DNA of 61,935 bases, from positions 1 through 61,935 of the IMG/VR virus record IMGVR_UViG_3300021976_000013; one strand, given 5' to 3'. Numbering within the stretch: position 1 is the stretch's first letter; each line of letters opens with the position of its first letter. Under the pieces are notes generated by a model, which saw only the letters and a program-made list of their open reading frames with translations, made no database searches and was not told the origin of the DNA. This document shows, piece by piece, positions 49,158-57,893 of this stretch. This stretch comes from a virus. Lineage: Duplodnaviria; Caudoviricetes. The position numbers were made by a program, and so were the translations under genes.

Positions 49158-49444
49158 CAGTTCTTAGAAGATCGTCCGGTCACGCCGTTGATGTGATCGC
49201 GAAGCTCGTCATGGGACAGCTTGCGCATTTCTGTCGCTTCCTTGATCTTGTCGGCGATCAGCGCAGCCATCTCGGCACGTACCAAGTCGGCACCGTGATG
49301 CTGACCGTAGTGGTACGTGCCAAGTCCCCACGTACCAAGCGCGGCCATCGTCAGGACCACAGTCCAGACCGGGCCGGTTTGGTACGTGGCGGCGGTCGCG
49401 AGCGCGAGACCGATAGCTAGGAGGATCTTGGACATCCTGCACAT
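49157..49444 (-). CDS. 2-TM membrane protein
   Basis: RBS GGAAGG; two hydrophobic helices. Confidence 0.6.
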   Translation of the reverse strand: MCRMSKILLAIGLALATAATYQTGPVWTVVLTMAALGTWGLGTYHYGQHHGADLVRAEMAALIADKIKEATEMRKLSHDELRDHINGVTGRSSKN

Positions 49445-49494
49445 GATCGAACTTCCTTCCGTTTGAAGACGTACAGTGCCCACTGTTTCACACC

Positions 49495-49591
49495 CTTGCC
49501 ATCCGGGCAAGGTACCTATCAGGTACGCTTGACTACAGGGCAAGGGTGATCCATACTGGAGGCTTACGTACCTGATTGACACACAGACAAG
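49495..49591. promoter_or_regulatory. divergent promoter region with three 17-bp operators
   Basis: Operators at 49495, 49528 and 49575; TTGACT-17-CATACT promoter for the tra/spd operon. Confidence 0.75.
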
Positions 49592-49601
49592 GCGGTGAGC
49601 A

Positions 49602-49898
49602 ATGGCTAAGGATCTTGAGCAGCGGGGGCGTGGCACGGTGGCACCGATCGCTACCGGTGGCGACCAGCTCATGCCCTTCGTACCGGCACCGCGTTCCAGT
49701 GGCTCGGGTGCCACTGATAAGGACTACCTAGCGGTCCGTCCCCCAGCAAACGGGCGTATCCAGGCAAAATGGTCGGCGATCATCACGCCGTACCGGGCTA
49801 CGCTGCACTTCCGGTTGTGGATCACGTTCACCTGGTGGCGAGTGATGCTCTTGGTATCCGTGATCATCGGAGTGATCGTCCTGATCAAGATCGCATAA
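49602..49898 (+). CDS. small membrane protein (Spd-like by context)
   Basis: C-terminal TM; first gene of the tra/spd operon. Confidence 0.55.
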   Translation: MAKDLEQRGRGTVAPIATGGDQLMPFVPAPRSSGSGATDKDYLAVRPPANGRIQAKWSAIITPYRATLHFRLWITFTWWRVMLLVSVIIGVIVLIKIA

Positions 49899-49923
49899 AC
49901 GTTCCAGAAAGGAACACAAGATC

Positions 49924-51060
49924 ATGAGCATTCTCAGCAAGCCGAAGCCCAAGCCGCTATCGGTTAAGATCAAGGAAGCTGCGCAGCTTGCCGAGCTTGA
50001 CGCGGTCGAGCGGGCCGCACAGTTCAAGCGCGAGCAGGAAGAGGCCGAGCGGAACGTCTGGCGTGCGGAGCAGGCCAAAGCGGCACGTACCGAAACGGCC
50101 GAGCTGACCAAGTCGGCACGTGCCGCGCGGCTGGCCGAGATGGTTCCGTACATTCCACTGATCTTGGTGAACGTTGCGGCGATCACCGGTCAGTACGGGT
50201 GGGCGATCGACAACCTGACGGAGATCGGCAGCGACACGCATGATCCCGTTCGGTGGCTGGCCGCCGCTCTGTTCGCCTTCACGGCTGAATCGATCGCTCT
50301 GTTCCTTCAGTACTACGCGAACCGAGCGTTGCGGAACCGGGACAGCGCGTTGACCTTGTACCTGTCGGCCTTCCTGGTCGCCGGTCTGGTCGCGACGGTC
50401 AACTACTCGCACTGGTCAACGCACAGTTCGGACAAAGATCTCTTGGGATCTCCGACTCCGACGGCCGTGATCTTCGCCCTCTGTTCGCTGGCTTCCCCGT
50501 GGCTCTGGCGGATCCACAACCGGGCTGAGTACCGGGAGGTTCTGAAGAAAGCCGGGGAGATCGACACTCGCGCGGTCAAGCTCTCGCTAGCTCGCAAGAT
50601 CATGCACCCGTACCGGTCTTTCATGGTCATCTGGAATTCGTCGTGGAAGGGTGACCAGACTCCGGCCGAAGCGGTCGCGGCATGGGACAAGATCCATGAC
50701 GAGAGGGTCGCTCGCAAGATCGAGCGGAAGCGTCAGGCGCGGGCCGACAAGGCGGCTGAGAGGGCCGCTAAGGCAGAGCCGGTACCGGCAGACCAGGAAG
50801 CCGTGATCAAGCCGCAGGCACCGGCTCAGCGCGCTCCCAAGGCACCTGCGGGCGTAGGCGTGGGACCGAGCCATCCGAAGTGGGCGGAAGGCGTTCGGAT
50901 CTACGAAGCGAGCAAGGCAGGTCCGGGACGTTCGCTCAGTCAGCGTGATCTAGCAGGGCATCTCAACATGAGCAATAGAGATCTTGCTACCGCGATCAAG
51001 AAATTCGTAGACGAAAGAGATCAAAATGCGATCAACAACGTTGCGCCTTCGTCCCCCTGA
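49924..51060 (+). CDS. SpdB2/DUF2637-like spread protein
   Basis: N-terminal coiled coil, four TM helices, Pro/Ala linker, C-terminal HTH (SQRDLA..L.MS). Confidence 0.65.
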   Translation: MSILSKPKPKPLSVKIKEAAQLAELDAVERAAQFKREQEEAERNVWRAEQAKAARTETAELTKSARAARLAEMVPYIPLILVNVAAITGQYGWAIDNLTEIGSDTHDPVRWLAAALFAFTAESIALFLQYYANRALRNRDSALTLYLSAFLVAGLVATVNYSHWSTHSSDKDLLGSPTPTAVIFALCSLASPWLWRIHNRAEYREVLKKAGEIDTRAVKLSLARKIMHPYRSFMVIWNSSWKGDQTPAEAVAAWDKIHDERVARKIERKRQARADKAAERAAKAEPVPADQEAVIKPQAPAQRAPKAPAGVGVGPSHPKWAEGVRIYEASKAGPGRSLSQRDLAGHLNMSNRDLATAIKKFVDERDQNAINNVAPSSP

Positions 51061-52867
51061 TCGGACGACGAAGCGGCAACCGAAGGGCGCTTGGGACGAA
51101 CTGTCCCGAGCGCTGTTTCGCTATCGAGTCGAGTTCTTTCCGATCTTGCTGGCCTTTTGGCTCTATGTGATCACTGCGGTCATGGGACCTCGCCTGCCTT
51201 GGGTAGTACCTGGCACGCTGGCGCTAGGTGCCATCCTGACGTACCAATTCGGTGGCCGGTGGAACCTGCCAAGGTTCCATCTGGCACGCCGGGAGCGTGC
51301 CTATGCGGCGGCCGTGATGGCATGCCTTGGCACGTGGGCATGGTTCGCAGTGGCACTCTCCGAGAGTGCCAAACCGAGCCTGCGATGGACCCTGATCTTG
51401 CTTGGCATGTGCGTGCCACTCTCGATTCCGTGGCTTTGGCACCGACGGATCCAAGGTTCCGTATTGGTCACGTTCGAGCCGATGCGCTCGGGTGCCAGTC
51501 GGCGCGAAAGTCGGGACTGGAATCGCTGGCACCGGGAGATGACCCACCGTGCGCGCGAAGTGGTCGCGTCGTGGGATGGCATGATCCATGGCACGTCCGC
51601 GCTAGGTTCCAAGCTGGTCGCGATCCATTTCGACGCATGGTCTGTGGAGTGCTCCGTCCGTCTGGCACATGCCAGGGTGGCGGAAGACTTCACCGAGCTA
51701 CGGCTACGGCGGCTTGAGTCTGCCTTCATGGCCAAGCGGGACAGCGCTCGGACTGACTACGCGACCGGTAAGGGTGCCAGCGCTCGGGACGCCAAGATCA
51801 AGTTCATGTTCCAGGATCCGCATGCCGAACCGATCATCCCGACGGATGATGATCTCACTCCGGACATGGATCTGACCGTGGACATCGGGCGGTTCGAGAA
51901 CAACATTCACGTGATCATCGACTTGATCCATACGCTGGTGGCCGGTGCTTCCGGAGCTGGCAAGTCGGCGATCATCAACGCGATCATGCGTGGCTTGATC
52001 CGTAAGCCGCACGTGGCGATCGTAGGGATCGATCTCAAGCCGGGCGGCCTTGAGCTTGGCAAATGGGAAGAGGCGATGTACGCGCTCGCGACGACCGGGC
52101 CGCAGGCCAAGACCCTGCTCACGGGGATCTTGAACGGCATCGGCCGACGCGGCGAGATCATGAAAGCTCGCGGGATCCGGAAGTGGGTCGCGACCGAGGC
52201 AGAGCCGTTCGTGGTCTTGATCATTGACGAAGTCCAAGCGCTGAAAGAGTTCCGGCTGTTCGCCACGCTGACAAAGATCAGTGAGCTGAGCAGGGCATAC
52301 GGCTTCGCGATGATCGTCGCTACTCAACACCCGAAAGATTCCAGCGTGCCGACGGGAGCAATCGCGAACTGCACGCAGCGGATCGGACTTCAGTGCAACG
52401 CGAGCACGGCCGAGCGGCTGATCTTCGATGACAACGCGACTCGGGAGGGCTGGCGGTTGACCAAGCTTCCGGGTGATCGAGAGGGAACCTTCCTGGTCAA
52501 GAGCAAGCGGCACCGTAGGCCGATGCGCGCTCGCTGCCACTGGCTTGACGATCACCATGTCGAGCGGGAAGCAAGATCGTTCGCAGCGACGACGACAGCG
52601 ATCGATCCGGGCACGTGGGGGGATGATCTCTTGGCGATCGATCCGCCCGACGAAGGGACGGAGATCATCGATGTTCAGGTGATCGTCGAGAACGGGCCGG
52701 AAGATGTGATCATGACATTGATCGGTTCCGGCCGGGCTCGGACGCCTTCCAAGATCAGTGAGCTGTCTCAGATCCCTGTACGCACAGTGAATGTCCTGCT
52801 CAAAAAGCTGGCGTCCGAGGGAAAGGTGATCCAAGACGGAGCACGGAAACCATGGTCGCTAACGTGA
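51026..52867 (+). CDS. TraB-like FtsK/SpoIIIE DNA translocase
   Basis: N-terminal TMs; H.LVAGASGAGKS, IDLK.G.EL, LIIDE, RA.G...VATQ.P; C-terminal winged HTH. Confidence 0.9.
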   Translation: MRSTTLRLRPPDRTTKRQPKGAWDELSRALFRYRVEFFPILLAFWLYVITAVMGPRLPWVVPGTLALGAILTYQFGGRWNLPRFHLARRERAYAAAVMACLGTWAWFAVALSESAKPSLRWTLILLGMCVPLSIPWLWHRRIQGSVLVTFEPMRSGASRRESRDWNRWHREMTHRAREVVASWDGMIHGTSALGSKLVAIHFDAWSVECSVRLAHARVAEDFTELRLRRLESAFMAKRDSARTDYATGKGASARDAKIKFMFQDPHAEPIIPTDDDLTPDMDLTVDIGRFENNIHVIIDLIHTLVAGASGAGKSAIINAIMRGLIRKPHVAIVGIDLKPGGLELGKWEEAMYALATTGPQAKTLLTGILNGIGRRGEIMKARGIRKWVATEAEPFVVLIIDEVQALKEFRLFATLTKISELSRAYGFAMIVATQHPKDSSVPTGAIANCTQRIGLQCNASTAERLIFDDNATREGWRLTKLPGDREGTFLVKSKRHRRPMRARCHWLDDHHVEREARSFAATTTAIDPGTWGDDLLAIDPPDEGTEIIDVQVIVENGPEDVIMTLIGSGRARTPSKISELSQIPVRTVNVLLKKLASEGKVIQDGARKPWSLT

Positions 52868-52975
52868 GTTTCCGCAGGTCAGAGACCCGGACCCCTTGAT
52901 CGTCATGAGGTGGTCCGGGTGTACCCAACTAGGGGTGTAGCCCCTTAGAATGCAGCTCAGGGCCGTACAGAGCCA
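52868..52975 (+). repeat. dispersed ~100-bp element, copy F
   Basis: GTTTCCGCAGGTCAGAGAC...CTCAGGGCCGTACAGAGCCA starting right after the traB stop. Confidence 0.85.
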
Positions 52976-53059
52976 TGTGACAGGCTGTAGCGCTTGCCAG
53001 CACGGCAAGATGTGAGATGATGAGATCACACGTTCCGATCCCGAGGGAAAGAGTCGATC

Positions 53060-53569
53060 ATGGGCATAACAAAGATCGTTCTGGACATCCGCAACCTGGC
53101 TGACCGGTGGTCGTACGATTCCCAGAATCACGCGGAGACCAAGATCTCCGTAGTCAAGGCGGTCGGCGAGCTTCGTCAGCTCGCGTATGACATCGAGTAC
53201 GGCATCAAGATCGATTCGGTGGACTGGGACGGGTCCATCCCCGAGCCGGTCAAGATCGCGTGGTGGCAGCGCCAGCTCGTCTCAAAGGATCTTGGCCTTA
53301 GCGTGGGGTCGGCCATCGGATTCACGATCTTCACAGTCTTCGTGATCATGGGCTTTAAGATCGACACTGCCTTCCTGGCCTTCGCGATCATTGCTCTGAT
53401 CATGGCCGAGAAAATGTTCGGGATCTGGGAGCCGGAGAACGACGAGATCGATTCAGGTCCGATCTTGAGCCGAGAGCAAGTGATCATGCTCGGTGGCTGG
53501 CTCAACGACAAGATCAGCCAGGCCAAGAGCAAGATCAAGCCTAAGAAATCCGATCTTGAGGAGGAGTAA
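53060..53569 (+). CDS. 2-TM membrane protein
   Basis: Operator at 52993; two TMs. Confidence 0.65.
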   Translation: MGITKIVLDIRNLADRWSYDSQNHAETKISVVKAVGELRQLAYDIEYGIKIDSVDWDGSIPEPVKIAWWQRQLVSKDLGLSVGSAIGFTIFTVFVIMGFKIDTAFLAFAIIALIMAEKMFGIWEPENDEIDSGPILSREQVIMLGGWLNDKISQAKSKIKPKKSDLEEE

Positions 53570-54322
53570 TCGATCATGAGTTCTGTTGCCTCGCGCGGGC
53601 GTGCGCACACGCACGCTCGTGCAGGCGCAAGCGCAAGCGCACGCAATATGTGACGCGCGCATGACGTGGGAAAATGACCGGAAATAAGCGCAAATGATCT
53701 TGAAACAACTGATCGCTTGCGCTTATTTTGATCAAGAAAATCGGGGCTGGAGGATCAAGATGATCTTAAAGAACAGGAGTCAGCAGCCCGAGCACCAACA
53801 TTTTGTGATCACGTGCGGACCCTGCGGCTATCAGTTCCCATCGTGCGGGATACCGTGTTTCGCGATCTGTCCGGCATGTGTGACGATCTTGACTCTCTGG
53901 GAGGATTCGTGATCGAAACGATCTTGAGTAGGCTGGCTCGGCGAATCCACATCTGGTGGATCTTCCGGAAGCGGCAACGGACCAACATCGAAGGACCTGG
54001 CCAAATGATGTGGATCATGGGCCGATGGTATGTGATCACGATGATCGAATCTGATCGTCGGCTCGGTGAAGCAAGCTTGGTGACCGTAAGAGGTCAAGAT
54101 CCTATGAGTTACTACGACCGGCATTGGATCAAGAGGAGTGATCTTCGTGGGTGAACACAGCCGCATGCCCGACAGTCGGTGGGATCTGCTCTGGCAGATC
54201 ACGCAGAATCCGATGAAGGCTCAGACAGCACGTACCAAGATCGAATATTGGTGCCGTCTCGGTACGCTGGTGGCACTGATCGTTATCACTCTGGCACTCG
54301 GTACCTACGGAGTGGTACAGAC

Positions 54323-54544
54323 ATGGCTGTGATCGGCGAGCGGGCCAAGCTGGCACGTGCCATCAGAGAGCTAGACACGTTCCTCCGTATGTGCCTCGCG
54401 GAACGTACCAAGACGGAGGATCCGGTACGTAGAGCCGAAGTGGTACGGCAGATAGATGCCGCTTTGGATCGCCGGTCACGTGCCATGTGGGCACTCAAGT
54501 GGGACCAATTCAAAGTGGCACACGAGACGGACGTACCAAAATGA
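54323..54544 (+). CDS. hypothetical protein
   Basis: Coupled to 54541; RBS GGAG. Confidence 0.5.
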   Translation: MAVIGERAKLARAIRELDTFLRMCLAERTKTEDPVRRAEVVRQIDAALDRRSRAMWALKWDQFKVAHETDVPK

Positions 54545-55368
54545 CCCTCTATCCAGAATGGTTCATCGGCGGGCCGTGGCACGGCAAGGACAAGCGAACG
54601 GTCTGCCCGAATCTTCAGGGCATGGTCACGGTGGCTGTGTCGCCAAGTCTTCAGGAGATCTTCAGTCAGCCTGACCCGAACATGGAAATGGGCGTTGATC
54701 ATATCCACTACGTACCGAGATCGTTCGCGGTCTTCGGTCAGCGGCTCATAGTCTGGCTCACCGAAGAGGACGCATCTTCGATCATTGGCACGGCCGGAAC
54801 CGGCGCGCTGGTCAATCCGATAGATCGCGGCCAAGAGCTGATGCGGATGATCGGAGAATTGATCATGGCCCCGCATGCCGTCGTCGGTGGACATGCCGGG
54901 TACGACGTGAGCGCCATAGCCGAGCAACGTTCCAGCGAGTGGCAAGAGCAGATAGATCGGGAACGGTGGGCCGATCAACGGTACGCGGGCACGATCGACG
55001 AGTACCGGCGCACGATCTCTCAGCAGCGGGCTCAGATCGATCAACTCTCCCGGCAGGTTCGGCGGGAGTCCATGGGTGATCAGTGGCGCTACTTCCAAGA
55101 CACAGAGTCGGTACCGGCGATCAAAATGGAGCTGGCGGCCGACGGGTTGTGGTGGGGAGTTGATCAAGCCAACGTTACAACGTATCTCGATCAAGGTGAC
55201 GGTACCGAGGAGTCTCCCCCGGCATGGGTCGCCACGGCACAAACGGATCATGGGCCGATCACCGGCTACGGTACGAACGTGAAAGCGGCGCTGATCGCTA
55301 TGGCGGCCGACGCGTGTCAGGTGTACGCACGCATGATCGACATATCCGAGAAACCGAGGATGCGATGA
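54541..55368 (+). CDS. hypothetical protein
   Basis: FIGGP.HG start motif; coiled coil. Confidence 0.65.
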   Translation: MTLYPEWFIGGPWHGKDKRTVCPNLQGMVTVAVSPSLQEIFSQPDPNMEMGVDHIHYVPRSFAVFGQRLIVWLTEEDASSIIGTAGTGALVNPIDRGQELMRMIGELIMAPHAVVGGHAGYDVSAIAEQRSSEWQEQIDRERWADQRYAGTIDEYRRTISQQRAQIDQLSRQVRRESMGDQWRYFQDTESVPAIKMELAADGLWWGVDQANVTTYLDQGDGTEESPPAWVATAQTDHGPITGYGTNVKAALIAMAADACQVYARMIDISEKPRMR

Positions 55369-55778
55369 TCCAAGAGAAAGAGTGGGTGCTAGCCGAAGAG
55401 TGCATCGAGGTTCATGATCCACGTCTGTACGCTCGGGAGACGGACGGCGGATGGATGGACGACCCACGGAGCATGCATCACCACTGGATGATCTTGCGCC
55501 GACGGAACCCCCACTGCTCGAAATGTGGAGGGCGCGGCGGCGGGCCGTTCGGTCATGAAGCCAGCGAGTGCACATGGACGCATCCGGCCGAGAAGATCGA
55601 AGTAGTTCCGTCCGAAGAGCTGGAGATCAAGTTCCCGATCTTCGTCGCCAATCTCGTGATCGTGGACGCGGGCAGCGAAGAGGTCTTGCTTGACCTTAAG
55701 ATGTCAGGTCGGCATCGGGTAGTTCTCGATCTTCTGACTCTCGCGGCCGACACGGTGAAAGAGGACATCGAAAGATGA
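55365..55778 (+). CDS. hypothetical protein with Zn-finger
   Basis: C..CGG.G......C; ATGA coupling. Confidence 0.55.
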   Translation: MIQEKEWVLAEECIEVHDPRLYARETDGGWMDDPRSMHHHWMILRRRNPHCSKCGGRGGGPFGHEASECTWTHPAEKIEVVPSEELEIKFPIFVANLVIVDAGSEEVLLDLKMSGRHRVVLDLLTLAADTVKEDIER

Positions 55779-56143
55779 TCGTTACCAAGGCGCTGATCAA
55801 GAAAGCCATCTGGGAATTCGACTTCGGAGACTTCGGGCTCGACGAAGCTGAAATGACCAAGGAAGATCCAGGCGCTACCGAGTGGATCGACAAGCTGGCC
55901 GAGAAGATCCACAACAAAATGGCTGGAGCGGAAGAATGATCACATTCAGGATTCGTGAATTGGGCTTCTGGTGTCAGCCATGATCGTTACCCTCAAGATC
56001 GATGTCAAGCGGCAACCGGACGTGAAACCGGCTGATCTTGCCGAGATAGTGATCTCTAACGTAGTCAACTTCGTTCGGGATCGGCACGCGGCGGATGTGG
56101 TCGAGGTTCATTGGACGGCCGACACAAGCGCTCGGGACATCCG

Positions 56144-56404
56144 GTGAGCGGGTTCGACTACTGGACGTGGTTCGTGATCGCGTTCTGCGGCTTGTTCGGC
56201 GCATTCGCGTTCTGGGAGTACGCAGCGATCAAGAGCGGCCACCGGGAGTGGACGTTCACGTTCAAGATCAGAGGGTGGCTCGGTATCGAACCTCCCAAGC
56301 CATGGAAGGCAGTCGCGTCGATCATCTTCGCGTTGGTGCTCGGGATCTTTACCATCTGGTTTATCCCCCACATCACGCTCGGTTGGTGGGGCGGTTGCTG
56401 CTAG
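56144..56404 (+). CDS. membrane protein
   Basis: W..W....F...E..A.....T...IR.WLG...WF..H pattern. Confidence 0.55.
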   Translation: MSGFDYWTWFVIAFCGLFGAFAFWEYAAIKSGHREWTFTFKIRGWLGIEPPKPWKAVASIIFALVLGIFTIWFIPHITLGWWGGCC

Positions 56405-56453
56405 ACCACACAGCGTGTGACCCTTCCGGGGTCATGCGCTGTAGTCTTGCCCC

Positions 56454-56933
56454 GTGGCATGGAAACTGATCGTTTGCTCACTGATGACCAGCGCACCGCA
56501 GGCCATCCCTCCGAATACCTACACGATCTTGAAATTCCCGTTCGACAACGAATCGGCCGACGCACCGAGCTTGCATGATCCCAAGCAACCGGATACCGGC
56601 CTGACGACGACTGCCAGCAACCCGCGTTCCGGCCTGATCTGGCCTGCCCATGTCGGATGGGCACATCTGAACGGGCTGATCTACTGGCAAGGCGGCGACT
56701 ACACCGAGGTTCGAGATCGGTTCGTCAGAGATCCACTGGAGCTGACCACCGGATACGACTCGACGTGTACGGAAGATCACGCCAAGACTCCAGGCGGGCA
56801 GTACCTCGCGAAGAACTGGGATATGTTCGTTCATCCCCTGACGTCGGTCGGCCTGCTCGTCCAGCACAACGGCTCACGATCGGTCAAGGTGGATTTCGCG
56901 GAATTCAAGATGTCCTATTGGGTGGATCTCTGA
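56454..56933 (+). CDS. hypothetical protein, possibly a virion beta-sandwich protein
   Basis: Coupled to the glucosaminidase gene (TGATG). Confidence 0.65.
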   Translation: MAWKLIVCSLMTSAPQAIPPNTYTILKFPFDNESADAPSLHDPKQPDTGLTTTASNPRSGLIWPAHVGWAHLNGLIYWQGGDYTEVRDRFVRDPLELTTGYDSTCTEDHAKTPGGQYLAKNWDMFVHPLTSVGLLVQHNGSRSVKVDFAEFKMSYWVDL

Positions 56934-57451
56934 TGCTGCCGATCATGGCACCCCCGACGATCCCCCTGCTCACGATCAAGCGGAACGCGATCCGGCTCGA
57001 CGCGTCCGAGTGGTATCTCAAGGCTCTGGTGGCGCTCTGGGACGCTGGCCGCTGGTGGGGTGTGGATCCGCTCGTACTCGCGGCGCAATGCGCTAAGGAG
57101 ACTTCCTACGGCCGCTTCGGTGGCGCTGTGGTTCCCGGCATGGGCAACACATGCGGGCTGAAGATCCGGAACGCTACCGGCGATCTCAAGGATGATCACG
57201 CGGTGTTCCCGATGGCTGACGGCTTCCCGATAATCGGGGCTGTAGCGCACGCTCACCACTTGCGGCTGTATGCGGGCTTCCCGGTACCGATCGATTCCCC
57301 CGATCCGCGAGCGGTCTATCTGGGACCAGGTACGACCAATTTTGGGAGTGCTCCCCTGGTCGCTCTGCTCGGCGGTCGGTGGGCACCGGCACCGAGCTAC
57401 GGCGTGCAAGTTGAGGGGATCATGGCCAAGCTGGCGAGTACGAGTGTGTGA
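56933..57451 (+). CDS. GH73-like glucosaminidase (peptidoglycan hydrolase)
   Basis: GVDP....AQ...ET.YG.F, N.CGLK, F.....G..AH...L and L.GRWA....YG motifs. Confidence 0.8.
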   Translation: MLPIMAPPTIPLLTIKRNAIRLDASEWYLKALVALWDAGRWWGVDPLVLAAQCAKETSYGRFGGAVVPGMGNTCGLKIRNATGDLKDDHAVFPMADGFPIIGAVAHAHHLRLYAGFPVPIDSPDPRAVYLGPGTTNFGSAPLVALLGGRWAPAPSYGVQVEGIMAKLASTSV

Positions 57452-57506
57452 CGCTTAAGCGTCAGCCTGCTACCTTTGAGCAGGGCCGACGTCAGGAGTA
57501 GATCGT

Positions 57507-57893
57507 ATGGCTGACAACCTAACCGACATTGCCGAAGGTCTAGTGATCGACTGGCTGAATCCAGTGCTCACGGCACCGACGCGGCCGACATCCCCGCTCA
57601 AGGCTCGGCTCTATACGATCATCGGGACTGAATCTGCGGCTGGCACTGAAGTAACCGGTGGATCTTACGCGCAACAGACGGCTACGTTCCCTGCTCATAC
57701 CGGTGGCGTCGCGCTCAACACGAACTTGATCTCTTATACGCTCATGCCAGCGTGCACGGTGGTAGCGGTCGAGATCTGGGATAACGCGGGTGTGGGTCGG
57801 CTCTGGTGGGGACCACTCGCGGCTAACAAGGTCGTCAACCTAGGCGATACGTTCACCTTCCCTATCGGCTCACTCTCGATTGCGATCACCTGA
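57507..57893 (+). CDS. virion / tail-fibre-associated protein
   Basis: LYT......GTEV.GG.YA.Q...F and G.L...K.V..GD.F..P.G.L motifs; RBS AGGAG. Confidence 0.7.
   Translation: MADNLTDIAEGLVIDWLNPVLTAPTRPTSPLKARLYTIIGTESAAGTEVTGGSYAQQTATFPAHTGGVALNTNLISYTLMPACTVVAVEIWDNAGVGRLWWGPLAANKVVNLGDTFTFPIGSLSIAIT

Noticed and set aside
53453-53662. ORF encoding ACACACAC
   Set aside because: By-product of the GCGCAA repeat tract; it overlaps 53060-53569 on the opposite strand.
54286-55575. 429-aa minus-strand ORF; similar cases at 51704-52834, 46098-47192, 32890-33690, 11953-12798 and 27603-28373
   Set aside because: These are antisense shadows of well-supported genes in GC-rich DNA and show no recognisable motifs.
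54081-55706. TGACCGTAAGAGGTCA (54081) and TGACCTTAAGATGTCA (55691)
   Set aside because: They fit TGAC-N8-GTCA but the core is shifted by one base, so I did not count them in the 16-bp palindrome family.
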